Under the pieces are notes generated by a model. That model had not been told where the DNA came from. It made no database searches and saw only the letters and a list, made by a program, of their open reading frames with translations. DNA of 63,768 nt, filler included, from Chiloscyllium plagiosum (taxonomy: Eukaryota): the NCBI RefSeq assembly GCF_004010195.1. It is 4 parts of one record of this genome, joined end to end, with 100 filler letters (N's around TTAATTAATTAA, not from the genome) between each part and the next. Parts side by side here need not be neighbours in the genome. Positions count along the whole stretch, not along the records: positions 26,522 to 57,391 come from NC_057714.1; 3 more parts are not named here. One strand, given 5' to 3'. The translations under genes and the position numbers were made by a program. Shown here piece after piece: positions 28,152 to 40,809 of this stretch (positions are counted from its first letter, which is position 1; each line of letters starts with the position of its first letter).

Positions 28152-28461
28152 GGGCGGCACGGTGGCATAGTGGTTAGCACTGCTGCCTCACAGCGCCAGA
28201 GACCCGGGTTCAATTCCCGCCTCAGGCGACTGACTGTGTGGAGTTTGCACGTTCTCCCCGTGTCTGCGTGTATTTCCTCCGGGTGCTCCGGTTTCCTCCC
28301 ACAGTCCAAAGATGTGCAGGTCAGGTGAACTGGTCATGCTAAATTGCCCGTAGTGTTAGGTAAGGGGTAAAATGTAGGTGTATGGGTGGGTTGCGCTTTG
28401 GCGGGGCGGTGTGGACTTGTTGGGCCGAAGGGCCTGTTTCCACACTGTAAGTAATCTAATC
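28152..28461 (+). mobile_element. HE1-type SINE, young and CpG-rich
   Basis: gggcggcacggtggcatagtggttagcactgctgcctcacagcgccagagacccgggttcaattcc ... gggcctgtttccacactgtaagtaatctaatc. Confidence 0.95.
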
Positions 28462-28869
28462 ACAAAACCTCTTGAAGAAAAGCAATGGATAGCTCTCTGA
28501 GGCTGATCCACTCCAGATGGGGCAAGGACCAAGTAAATGACATCCCAATCTCTGTTACCTCCAGGAGCTTCCAATACATAGGATGTCACACTACAGCTGC
28601 TTCTAGATTAGATTATCTTTAAGTCTTCTTTGGCACAAATTTATGAAAAAGGTTTGATTCAAGTTTTTAAAAACGCCTCCTTTCAGAACTCTCATTCAGA
28701 TTTTTTTATTCATTCCTGGAATGTCCTTCCTTGAAAAGCATTAGTGAACCAGATGGATCTTTCCCCAACTATCAACATGTTATTAGATGCTTAATTCCAG
28801 ATATTTTAAGTGAATGCAAATTCCACCATCTGCCGCAGCAGGATTTGAACCTGGGTCTCTGGACCAATA

Positions 28870-29200
28870 GCTCAGTGATGGTCTGGTCTGTGCACACCAC
28901 TTTGTGTAGTTTTATACAGTTCTGAGCAGAGTAGTTGCCATACCAGGTCATGGACAGTATGTTCTCAATGGTACATCTGTAAAGGTTGGTGATGGTCCTT
29001 ATGGACATGCCACATTTCCTGAGCTGCCTGAGGGAAAAGGGGCATTGTCGTGCCTTCTTCACCGTCGTATCCACATGGGAAGTACAGGACAGATTGTTGG
29101 TTATCATCATTCTTAGAAACTTGATGCTCTCCACCCTCATAACCTCAGCTCCGTTGATGTAGATGGAGGCAGCTCTCCTCCTTCCTTTCTGAAGTAGGAC
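28870..29200 (-). mobile_element. Rex1/Babar-like LINE RT C-terminal fragment
   Basis: RVESIKFLRMMITNNLSCTSHVDTTVKKARQCPFSLRQLRKCGMSIRTITNLYRCTIENIL. Confidence 0.88.
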
Positions 29201-29298
29201 ACTTCAGCCAGAACTCATACACTCCATCCATTTCTCTTCCATGTTTTTTCTTCTCTTCTTTCTTCTCAGAGAACTTGTCTGGAATTCCCAGCCTCAGG

Positions 29299-29540
29299 GC
29301 AGACCTGGTGAGGCATCCTCCCAGCCTGGCTTGGTGGTCTCAGTGCAGAGCAGGCAAGGCATCCTCCCAGCCTGGCTTGGTGGTCTCAGTGCAGACCTGA
29401 CGAGGCAGTCCCTGGCCTGACAAGTTGATCCCCTGGCCTGCTGTGCTGATCTCCTGGCCCAGTGTGGCAGTCTCTTGGCAACATGTAGCAGTCCTTTGGC
29501 CTGGTGTGGTGGTCCTGCAGCCTGGCGTGGCCTCAGCCTG
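29299..29540 (+). repeat. GC-rich tandem repeats: two copies of about 46 bp plus degenerate cctggcc-based units
   Basis: aggcatcctcccagcctggcttggtggtctcagtgcaga occurs twice, followed by recurring cctggcc motifs at roughly 20-bp spacing. Confidence 0.8.
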
Positions 29541-30095
29541 GACTCCTAGCCTTGAAGTGATTCCAGAGAGGTCTCCCAACGTCATGAGCCTCAAGGTGAA
29601 GCCTGTTACAGTCTAGAGTCAAGGCCCAGCATGGACTGGAGGTAAGGTGCCAGTGCAGAATGATTTGGAAGAACTATCATTCTGCATATATTTTATTTAT
29701 CTATTTTCTTACTTATTCCAATGATCTGTAATACTGAACCTTTTATTTCTTTGCTTTTCTTTTTTTCCTCTAAGAACCTGTAGAAGAGTCTGCATCTCAG
29801 TACCTTGTACCTAAGATAGCACCATAAGTGGCAACTTGTAAACTTTTCACTGTACTCATTTGAGTATGTGTGACAATAAAGCTAATTCAGAAGTTACACC
29901 AGAAGCAATGAAATATTACAGCACAGCACAGATATACAAATCAGAGTGCCAGCAAAACTAGACATTCAAGAACTATTGCATGAAAAGCCTAAAAGAGTAA
30001 AAGGGATTTACAGAACAGTTAATGCTATGTTAAAAGGACCAAGGTGGTAAAACACATGCCACTAAAGTTAATTAAGAATACCATTGAAATGTTAA

Positions 30096-30303
30096 GTTAA
30101 AAATCATACAACACCAGGTTATACTCGAACAGGTTTATTTGGAAGCATGAGCTTTCAGAGCGCTGCTCCTTCACCAGGTGGTGAAGAAGGAGCAGCGCTC
30201 CGAAAGCTTGTGCTTCCAAATAAATCTGTTGGACTATTATCTGGTGTTGTATGATTTTTTTTTAAACTTTGTACACCTCAGTCCAATACCGGCACCTTCA
30301 AAT
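30096..30303. mobile_element. Family A foldback Penelope-like element
   Basis: Palindromic arms centred at about 30180; TSD cattgaaatgttaa (30082-30095) / cattgaaatattaa (30304-30317). Confidence 0.88.
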
Positions 30304-30549
30304 CATTGAAATATTAATTACAAATAACAATTAGCAGTAACTTTATTCGTAAGAATAACAATTCTCTTAAAATTCTAGATGATAATTTTAAGGGGCATAA
30401 TAATAATATTTTATAAAAAAAATTGATTCCTAGAAAAGGTTTGTATGAAAAAGAAATACACAAAAGACATTGGCTACACAGAGTGCAAATTAAAAGCTCA
30501 CGAAGTTGAGAAAAAATGGAATTACAGTATAAGAACACATGGTAAACAT

Positions 30550-31100
30550 GGTTGTGGTTCTGTTCGCCGAGCTAGGAATTTGTGTTGCAGACGTTTCATC
30601 CCCTGTCTAGGTGACATCCTCAGTGTTTGGGAGCCTCCTGTGAAGCGCTTCTGTGATGTTTCCTCCGGCATTTATAATGATTTGTACCTGCCACTTCCGG
30701 TTGTCAGTTCCAGCTGACCGCTGCAGTGGCCGGTATATTGGGTCCAGGTCGATGTGCTTATTGATTGAATCTGTGAATGAGTGCCATGCCTCTAGGAATT
30801 TCCTGGCTGTTCTCTGTTTGCCTTGTCCTATGATAGTGGTGTTGTCCCAGTCGAACTCATGTTGCTTGTCATCTGAGTGTGTGGCTACTAAGGATAGCTG
30901 GTCATGTCGTTTCAGAAGCAGCAGATATAAATCACTATAAATGCCGGAGGAAACATCACAGAAGCGCTTCACAGGAGGCTCCCAAGCACTGAGGATGTCA
31001 CCTAGACAGGGGACGAAACGTCTGCAACACAAATTCCCAGCTCGGCAAACAGAACCACAACAACAAGCACCCGAGCTACAAATCTTCTCCCAAACTTTGA
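30550..31100. mobile_element. Penelope-like element (family C): inverted GIY-YIG C-terminus plus pLTRs with hammerhead cores
   Basis: Minus peptide SLVATHSDDKQHEFDWDNTTIIGQGKQRTARKFLEAWHS..SINKHIDLDPIYRPL; inverted repeat about 30551-30677 vs 30935-31060; exact 13-bp TSD acatggtaaacat (30537-30549, 31101-31113). Confidence 0.9.
30989..31022 (+). ncRNA. Minimal hammerhead ribozyme core in a Penelope pLTR
   Basis: CTGAGGA-tgtcacc-tagaca-ggggac-GAAAC-GTC fits CUGANGA/stem II/GAAA/NUH; an antisense copy lies at about 30590-30623. Confidence 0.7.
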
Positions 31101-33105
31101 ACATGGTAAACATTTTAGTCGATAGTCGATAGTTAAAAATCTGCAGTCTGTATTTAAATGGCTGAAAATTATCATGACCACACCAGGTGTGTCACAGTGT
31201 AGCCCAGAAAGTACTAACCTAGCTTGTTTAGCTCCCTTTTAGATTTAAATTAGAACACCCTTAAAAACTAACAAGCAGAGAAGGTTTAGTTAAAAACAAT
31301 ATGAAAGGTTAGGTTAATTATTGCTGAAAGTTACCAAATAAAAATGGGATACAATTATTACACAAAGTACCATGATTAAAAGTAAATTCAAATAAATGAT
31401 ACTTATAAAGATGAGAATATGATCGATCTATTATCATTATAAGCTTGTTATTTGCTTGAAGATGGTTTATTTCTGAAATGAAGGCATTGAAAACCTGAAG
31501 TCAAAATTCAGTCATGGCGATGGCTTTTGTAGCTAAGGGGAGGCTTTTACGACAGGGTGATTGAGCGCAGAACACGGTGTGGGAAGGAATGAATGCTCCC
31601 ATATTTTTTTTTGTAGCACAGCAAATTAAAATTATCAGAAAATACAGCGTGATTTTCTTTTAACGTATTTCATTTCAGGATTAAGATTCTCATCTTTAAA
31701 ATTGGAGCCACAAAAGAACATCAGAGAAGAAGATTTGTTCCTGACATGAAACAGGTTGTTGATGGAGATGATCAATGGAATGTAATGTAATATAACAGTC
31801 AGGTCCTGTATTTCAAGGTACAATCTTCATGTTAATGTGGCAAAACAGGGGACAAATCAAGTCATTCTTTTACTCTAGTCTCAAGAGCTCCCTGGCAAAA
31901 ATCAAAAATAAAATAATGAGTAATTATGTCACGGTGGCCAGCCATTCTACAAGCTTTTGCTAAACTGGCTGAAACCCCAGCTCAGCATTCCACTCACCTG
32001 GACCAACCTCAGCTCTGTCCGAATGGATACGCAACTCAATCATGCAGCCTGAGTGAGAGCTCTCTGGGCATGGCTCTGATCTTTATAAAGTCTCTGTGTG
32101 GAATGTTAATGGGGCCTGAAATTCATGGCGAAATTTATGACAGAATCGAGAGACAGGTTCAGTGAAACCTATCTTCACACTGGGACAACCTGTTGTATAT
32201 TTTATGCACCTGCTGATTGATAATTGTCATTTAAGGGGGATTATTGCTTGTTGAATTACTCATTAAAAGCACAGTTCACCTTATTAATATTCAGTTTCCT
32301 ATCTTAGCAAAAACCAAAAGACATAAACAATGAGAATTCTCAACTTGAAAATCAGAGCTTGTTCCTGGCAATTTCACCGTGTTACTGACTGCAGGGAGTC
32401 TCCATGTGGCTCAGCACCAAACTACATCTCTGGGCATGGGCATCATCCATGGACACCACTGTGGACATTGATATCTGATATTTGCCAACCCTCAGGATCC
32501 TCCCTATTTACTTGCAGGACTCTCATGAAGCATAGAGCTGCATTGCAAGACTGACTGTCAACCAGCATTGAAAAGCTGCTGGAAGGACACTTTGTAGACA
32601 GGGACAGGCACACAGCTCACAGATTGGACCATGCTGAATCTCAGGGTTGCTCACTTGATCTTCCAATGTTTGGTCACCTAGCACCTCCCTGCATGTTCAC
32701 AGCAACCATGCCTTTCCTTGCCTTGCTGTGCCAATTACTGCAGTAACACAACCAGGCAACTTGCTGTTCAGCAATCCTCACTCAAAGGGACATATATCTT
32801 GCTGTACAGTGGTGTGCTATGTCAAACCCACATCTGCTCCAGGTTCCAACAGCTTACACAGCAAACTCACTGTATGTGGAGCGAGCAAGCTGCCGTGTCC
32901 CAAGGGCTTAGCAGTTGGAGTCCAAGGAGGCATCTGTCCGTCAGGGGGTCCTGGCACAAGAAGCCAAGGGCAGCCTTCCTTACCAGTCCAAGTGTCCATT
33001 CAGGGTGTTCTCGGTCAGGGGTCCACATGTCTGCAATCCAGGAAATGGGTCATGGACCGCCTGTTGGCTCCACAGTGGCCAATACAAGGGTTAGGGTTAA
33101 TGCAG

Positions 33106-33292
33106 AGTCAAAAAAGTGTGGTGCTGGAAAAGCACAGCAGGTGCTGTGCATCTATCACAGCATCGGAGGCACAACAGAGTTGACATTTCAGGGATAAGCC
33201 CCTCATCACCCAATACACTGACTCTCCTGCTTTTCCAGTGCCATACTTTTCGACTCTGACTCTCCACAGCATCTGCAGTGCTCACTTTCTCC
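33106..33292. mobile_element. Family B foldback Penelope-like element
   Basis: gagtcaaaaaagtgtggtgctggaaaagca / tgcttttccagtgccatacttttcgactc arms; TSD ttagggttaatgcag / ttagagttaatgcag. Confidence 0.8.
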
Positions 33293-35624
33293 TTAGAGTT
33301 AATGCAGTATGGAAATGCACAGGCATCAGTCAAGGTTCTGGGCACTTCTTATCTGGGGTTGTTTGATCAGGATGCTCAAGGACGTGGACTTGCTCAGTCC
33401 ATCAGGGTCGTCCAGAGAAACCAAGGGAAACGGGGAATTCGGGTGGGGTCTGATGCCAAGGGAAGGAGACTTGGGAATCTATTCTTTAGGATTGGGGGCT
33501 GGAGGCTGGGGTAAAGTGCAGATATGACAATTGTGAAGAGATGGGAAGCAGCACTTGTAAGGGGAGATACGGTAAAGCAGAGATGGGAAGGGGATAAGGC
33601 AGGGATGCGTCCAAGGTCAGAAACACCCTGGCTTCAAGGGAAGATTGGTATAGTTACCTGATTTGGCAGGGCTGGGGTGGGGGGAGGCGGCGGTGGCAGT
33701 GGCCACACACAGGCATGAGTAGATGGTGAGGTCACCCAGCTGAGTGAGTAGGCAGCACAGAAACCATGCAGGGTTAGTGATCTTGAAGGTTGCTGAGGCT
33801 GGGAAGGCAGGGGAGAGGATGTTGTAGATAATAATGAGTGGCAGAACATGAATCTTGGTAGGAGGTGCATACATAAACTATTACAGGCATTGTTCCATGC
33901 CTATAGTGCACATTCAGAAAATCAGTCCTGATGACTTCAGTTTTGGCCTGATAGCCTTTCCCTTAATGTCTGTTTTATTTGAGTAGATAAATACATTTTG
34001 CAACGGTGTTATTTTTTACAATCTAGGAACCAGTCATGCTCCACTTAAATATTCAGACTGGATCCTTGGTTAATCACATAATTTAAGCGTATTAGTAATC
34101 AAACTCAATTTTAACCCTACAGCAATAATGAATGGGAAATATGCAATGAATGCTGCAGCACACTCACCATTGCCATTCCTGTCAGACTCAATTAGCATCA
34201 GCATAATACTTTACACTAAGGTTAATTTTCAGGTTATAGAAATCTTTGAAATATTCTAAAAAGTTGAATATTCTTACTACATCTGTGTTTCAAATGTTGT
34301 TGAATATGAACAATTGAGATTGTGATAGATGATATAATAATGATAGGATATAGACTAACGCGGAAATCAATCAGTCTGTACAAATACGTCTAACATACAC
34401 AAAAGCAATGAATGTCTCCTTCTGTATGAACCGTATACAATCCTTTCACCTGAACTATTTTGCCTTTGGCAAACAATGCTGCATGAAATGTGTCAGGTGG
34501 TGTTGTTTCAAAGCTGTTTGACTCTTCTTTTCTTCCTGCATGAACAGGGCTACCTTATAATTCTAGTGTGAACATATGGCCATTTGCCTTATTTATTACA
34601 CTGTGAGCCAGATCAACAGATGGTCTGAAATTATTACACAAAGAGTTCCTTCTTATTGTGTTATAATGGAGAAATAATTCATGGTTTGCTCTATACGCAT
34701 CATCTTAGGTATGTAGAACATTTATAAACGTAGAGGATCTCCTAATTTTATTAGCACAATCAAGGAGAAACCAGCTGAATTAACACAAAAGGTAATGGAA
34801 GATCAAGCATAAACTATATCAAAAGTAAGCCACGTTCTTATACTCTAAGTTAATATATAAACTCACAAAATACTGGTCAAACTCACAAAACTGGCCACGG
34901 TCCGACATCAAAATAAAGAGGATGTTCAACTTCTGCCAATTGAGCCCTATTGTGGTCTTTCAAGGATAGTCTTCAAATTAGATACTCTGGCACTAGTAGG
35001 CAACGTTCTGACGTTTTTACATATTGTGAGTTTAATTCATTCCAATTACTAGGAGCGTGCACCAATGAAGTGAGTAAATGATTTAGTATCCTTTTTGAAT
35101 CAATGTCGGTGCAGGAAGACGAGTCACAGCTGTATCATAAAACCTGCACTAGGTTGCCACACTTCAATACACTCATAAAAGGAAATAAAAAATATTTTCT
35201 GTACCTACCCATATAAAAGTCAAGTTTTTGAAACCAATGTTTTAGGGAAGAAGAGATTACCTTTCCAGGAGTATGTGTTTATGGGGGGGGAGAATACTTC
35301 CATTCAAGAGTGAATAAAATAATCCTCAAAATATTCCACATGGTAATGGGGGAAGTAATGCCTACACCAGCTTTTTATTGTCCCTCTCTCTCTCTTTCTT
35401 CTCCCTCTGTGAATTTATTAAACAGCTTTCTCCACAAACCCAGCAATGCAGGAGAGCAAATGACAGTGAGTCTGGGCCTCTGGTTTAAATCCTTTCAGGA
35501 GTGAGGAAGAGAAAGGAAAAAGAAGGATCATGCAATTAAAAAATGTCACACTGATACCACCCCTCCCTCCACCCCCCCACCACCCCTACCCCACCCCGTC
35601 CTAGATTTAGGCTTTGGTGCAGAG

Positions 35625-35734
35625 TCGAGATTGTGGTGCTGGAAAAGCACAGCAGGTCAGGCAGCATTAGAGGAGCAGGTGAATCAACGTTTCAGGCATC
35701 AGCCCTGCATCAGGAAGGGCTGAGAGATTGCAGA
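35625..35734 (-). mobile_element. Family B Penelope pLTR fragment
   Basis: gtggtgctggaaaagcacagcaggtcaggcagcat...caacgtttcaggcatcagccctgcatcagg; TSD tggtgcagag (35615-35624, 35735-35744). Confidence 0.75.
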
Positions 35735-36613
35735 TGGTGCAGAGGGATTGCACCGAGACAATGCTCACCTGAGACTCCCATACTCTCCTCATGAATGGTG
35801 GGGATGGTAGTTGAGGACACAAGCCCCAGGCATTTACTTGTTTAACAGTCGGCCTGGGAATTGGTTCTGCATTCTGTTTCTTTGTGCTCCGTTTATTCGT
35901 TGCTCCAATCTGTCAGTCCTTCTCAGCAAAAATCAAACTCTACATTCTACCTACCTTATTTGACAAGTAAAATCTGGATGAAATGTTGTAAGGAAAATCA
36001 TTTTAATCAATAAGGAACTGAGATTTTTGATGTGATTGTAGAAACACATTTTGAAATTTTTGAACTTCCATCCATCAAAAAAAATTACATTTTATACAAA
36101 CTGCGTGAAAATGAATGGCATTTTAGGCCATAGTTCATAGTGGTACTTTTACATGAGATTGACTTTTATACATGTACACATGGCATGACTATTACACTGA
36201 CTGAGGCCACTGTTTATAAAAATTCTGGAACTTGAACTGTAGCCTAACAGGCACAATTTCTGGTTATGCTAAATTTTCCAGTTCTCCCAAATCAGAAATT
36301 CTGCCCCATAGTTTCTTCCCTCAAACAGAATATAATTTCTTTGAGGAGATGGTGGCATGCTATTAATTGGCGTGAAAGATATTCAGGACCTTAGACCAAA
36401 CTCATAATGATGTCATGAAGCTGCACATCATTAATCTTAAACAGCCCATTGTGGGAAGAATTAGAATAGATCATTACACCACACTACACCAGATTACATG
36501 ACACTAACTCAGACTACAATCTGCAACGTGAGTCTTAAGAGTATGGGGACTTGAACTTGCAGAGATTAGGTTAGTTGTTACTTAGTTCTTACTTAATAAA
36601 AATATAAGATCAA

Positions 36614-36931
36614 GGGTGGCACAGTGGCTCAGTGGTTAGCACTGCTGCCTCACAGCACCAGAGGCCCAGGTTCAATTCCAGCCTGGGGCGACTGTCTGTG
36701 TGGAGTTTGCACATTCTCCCTGTGTCTTCGTGGGTTTCCTCCGGGTGCTCCGGTTTCCTCTCACAATCCAAAGATGTGCAGGTCAGGTGGATTGGCCATG
36801 CTAAATTGCCCAAAGTGTTTGGTGCAGTAGTCAGAGGGAAATGGGTCTGGGTGGGCTACTCTTCGGAGGGTGGGTGTGGACTGGTTGGGCCGAAGGGCCT
36901 GTTTCCACACTGTAGGGAATCTAATCTAATC
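36614..36931 (+). mobile_element. HE1-type SINE
   Basis: Intact tRNA-like head with A/B boxes, central core and aatctaatctaatc tail. Confidence 0.95.
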
Positions 36932-38559
36932 AGAGCCTGATATGATTATTGTTTATATCAGTGTTTAGTTTCAATCTGTAAAAAATAGTTTTACTTTGAA
37001 GTCTAAGCCTGAAGACAATGTTTGACTTCACCTTCTTCTCAACTAGGCTTGGTCTGTCTTGAACCCAAATTCATAGAGTGGTGGCATTATACCACATGAT
37101 GAAAGATGATGATTGTGATGGAATTCACTTTTAAGAAAACTGTAGCAATAGTGAAGAACAAGAAACAGACCGAGCAGTTTGAGGGGAACACAAAATGAAA
37201 AATCAATTTTTAAAGTAATCATTTCTACAAGTTTAAGATCAGCTAAAAGGCAGAAAAGCCAGAGCTGAACCTATGCTGTGAAGAAAACATCTGTGAACAG
37301 ACAATTCCTCCAGAGAAATCACCAGAACTTTGTAAATTTCAAAAATACATTTTACAGTCAGTAATAGGGAAAACAAATTTTTAAGGAAGTTGAGCAGTAA
37401 AATCCTACTTCCAGCTGTTTAAACCAAAAAGAGACCAAAGAAGATTTGATCCCTTAAGGAAAAAGCAAAACAGAAATCCACTTGGAAAACTAAATCGAGG
37501 AGCACAGTTAAGACTTCTAATAGATGACAAATTTCTGAACCATCTACTTGCTTATAAAGTTAACAACAACATGTTGAGATATTCTTTAGGTTAGAGCTTA
37601 AAGAGCAAAGCTTGAAAAAGGAAGGCACAATAGGGAATAAAAACCATTCCTGCAATTCAAAATATCAGAACTCTAAACAATGCAGTTAGCAAAATCTTTA
37701 CTATTTCAATGGCTTAAGTGACAAATTCAGTCTACTTTTCAACAAATAAATTTTATCAATTTTATTTCAATAAAATATTAGAAATCAGCTTAAGAAACAG
37801 CACAAATCTGATTGTGTGGCATTAAATTCAACACAAATACCTGGACCCATAAAAAAAGTCAGAATGGGTCGCATTAAGGTAGCCATCTTTGATACAGTGT
37901 TAAAACTCTTCAAACCTTATGGAGTGAAGCCATTATGAAAAAGTTCTCACACAGATCATTTGGAAATCCCTCAGCAAGATTGGAAAGGGAATATCTTCAT
38001 CGATCTCTATGAAGATGACATATATTGAAGGGATACTGAACTTCTGTGGTCTGTTGCAACTCACCAGGGTAGTGCAATGGAAATCAAGCCTTGCTATTCC
38101 TGGAGTTGTCATAAAACTTAAAGATTTTTAAAAGTTCGTGAAACTTTCCAATTTACCTCTTTCTTTGGACTCAGCTTAACAGAAGGCATTGGCAAGGCTT
38201 CTGTACTGAACAAGAATTACTATTTATTCCAAGTAATAGACTCTAACTACAGGTAAACAGTTATAGATCATCAGCATAAACACTACTAATTAAAACTCTA
38301 ATCACCTTTAAAATTTCCCCTTAGACACAGCCAGACTGACAAATATGTGTCATAAAACAAGTTAATAGGCAGAGGGGAAAAAATGGAAAAGACAGTTAAG
38401 AGTCTTTGTTCTCAGGTTCATTGTTGAGATGATCCATATGACTCTTCTACTGGATAGCATTTTGCTTCAGCCATTTTTGTCTAGATGTTTCCACTTGGTA
38501 AGAGACACAAGGTAGCCAGTTTATTCAAAACATCTCTGATGTATCAGTTAAAGTCATAC

Positions 38560-38702
38560 CTTACAACAACTGTTGCAGGAAAGATAAATTTACTTTCTTC
38601 AGGTAGACCGTGAGTTTTGACTGCAGAGAACAGAGAGACCACTCCTGAAATGGGCAAGCACTCTCTCAATAACTTGTTCCCAGCTCCAAGCTGTTCAATT
38701 AC
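38560..38702 (-). other. Candidate coding exon of an unidentified gene
   Basis: Acceptor ttttttgtcag, open frame VIEQLGAGNKLLRECLPISGVVSLFSAVKTHGLPEESKFIFPATVVV, donor ag|gtatga (alternative gtaagg 5 nt earlier). No homology recognised. Confidence 0.3.
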
Positions 38703-39769
38703 CTGACAAAAAATCACACAATTGATAACTGGATACTAGCCCACAGACCAATCAGTTTCATGTTGCCAACAAAAGCTGAAACAGTTCACTTCATTGGCCC
38801 TGAATGTTCGACAACTCAAACTTCATTTACTGCTTGTTCAAACAGATGTTTACATGATGACTGGCATGAGTGTCAAGTTACTTGCTTTTCAAAACATATA
38901 GTAACCCTATCAAGCACTAGTCTGCAGAGACAACAATGATATCATTCTATGGATTCTACCGAATGCTATAATCCTCCACTAAATCTGATACTTGCAATAA
39001 TTGTATTCATTCTGATATAAAGTAATTGCCAAAGATTTTCAACGTCTTTTTTGAATGAGTCCATTGCTTCTTTTATTTACACATGAGCAATAAAATCATC
39101 TGCTATAATTCCAATTGTGTTCAAAAGTGTATTTAATTGTTCAGATTCTAATTTTAGTCTTTAGTTGAGAGTTTATTCAAAACATCAAAGGTTCTCTTAT
39201 CCACATTGGTAAAATAGAAGACAAAATTGGCAACTGCCTTGGCTTTAATGAAGGATTCTCATGCTTTTGTGGCTGTAATAAAGGATACCTACCTTTCTTA
39301 ACTGAAATGGAGCTTTTTCTCCCAAGATGCTCTGGATGTTGAGAAAACCTCGCAATTTCCTGTCTGATTATGCTATCAATCATTCCATAGCCCAAATCAT
39401 TCAGACCCCTATAAGATTCTATTCTACATTATTACAAAAACTGTTGGGTGGACTTAGACTTAGATCCATCTCCCACAGGATCCTAATTTTCTCTTCCACC
39501 AATTTCTCATAACCCCAGTTGGTATCATTGCAAATCAATGATCACCCCGCTCAGCCCTGTCCAGACCTTTGTACGACAATAAGGCACTAAAAACATTCAA
39601 AACTGTTTGAAAAATAACAAAAACAAAACAATTTTTATTAGCGCTACACCTTGTGATATAGGAGAGAATTGGCCAACATATGTTATTATTTGGAAAGACC
39701 TGAAGTATTGCACAAGGAGAGACGTTTGAAGGGGATATACACAACATTGTCCGTTTGACAAAGTAAAGT

Positions 39770-39965
39770 ATAGGTAAAGTCACCATAGACCTCGAAGACT
39801 GCTCTCTCATAAGAGAGAGAGGTGGTGAGTTTAATTTGAGGGTGATCATAAGTCAAGCAAAGGTTGACATTGAGAAGGCAGGACGTTCATAGTATTGGAA
39901 TTGAACCCACTTTAGCAGCCTCATTCTGCATTGAAAACCAACTATTCAGACAACTGAGCTAACCA
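39770..39965 (-). mobile_element. Ancient tRNA-derived SINE remnant (LF-SINE-like)
   Basis: Reverse complement starts ggttagctcagttg...gtgggttcaattcc (A/B boxes) and ends ctatggtgactttacc. Confidence 0.5.
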
Positions 39966-40590
39966 ACACGAACCTCACAGAGAGAGGCCACTTGGTGGAA
40001 AAGAGCTATGTAATTGTTTATACTTTATATGAGCCTCTTTCTACCTTGCCTCGTCACATCTCACCAAGATTTCTTCCAGTTTCCTCCCCCATATACTTAC
40101 ATAATTTCTGTTTAAGCGCATCTGTTAACCATTCAATATTGGAGTGAATTCCACATTCAGTAAGTTGCTCAATAATGAAACAGAATGATATGATAGGATG
40201 CATTTTCCTGCAGGGGCAGTTTTGCAAAGAAATAATTGCAGTAGCTTTCTAGTACAATCACCCCAAAAGGGAACAAAATTCTCCACCTAGAACAAAAACT
40301 GTTAGCACTCATTCCAATTAAACATGAGATCATGCTGTCATATGTAAAAAGGAACAGGTCATCATAGTTAAGCCTTCAATACAATTTCCCCAAATTATGG
40401 CACTTAATTTGTCCATTAGGGGCAACATTCTGTATAAGTATAATCCTCAGAATAGCATCCCTGCTAGACAGAGACCATTAGTGGAGAACCTACTGCAACA
40501 TTGTGAAATTTTATTGTAGAAAAAATTTTTGTTTGTTTGAGTTCACTAGAGGGCTTTTCTACCATTCAAACTGAGCATTGGACAAAGTTA

Positions 40591-40809
40591 CAGGTAGTTC
40601 TGCTATTACAAGGTAGTTGCATTCCTGTGCGATCCCGTGCTATACAAAAATCGTGCAAAACAAACACACTTAAAGTGGTGGTGATGTAATCACAATATAG
40701 CCAAAACACGCTTTAAAAGTTCTCAATTTAGGAAAAGCATTTCTTAGTCATTAAATCCTGTTACAGCCAATTCGCGTTAATGGAAGACACATTGTAGCAG
40801 AACTACCTG
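40591..40809. mobile_element. Tc1/mariner-pogo (Tigger-like) MITE
   Basis: Perfect 15-bp TIR caggtagttctgcta / tagcagaactacctg; left TA, right GA (mutated TSD). Confidence 0.8.

Noticed and set aside
28152..28225. tRNA genes suggested by A/B boxes (also at 4348, 24568 and 36614)
   Set aside because: They are SINE heads continuing into the HE1 core and a LINE-like tail, with no cloverleaf 3' end.
33088..33099. Telomere-like gggttagggtta
   Set aside because: Only about two units, compatible with chance.
32718..33197. Overlapping 159-aa and 151-aa ORFs
   Set aside because: GC-richer repeat-like sequence running into a Penelope insertion; no recognisable domain.
39293..39400. IDSII.xEI resemblance to Helitron Rep
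   Set aside because: The flanking HUH and HGPCG motifs are absent.
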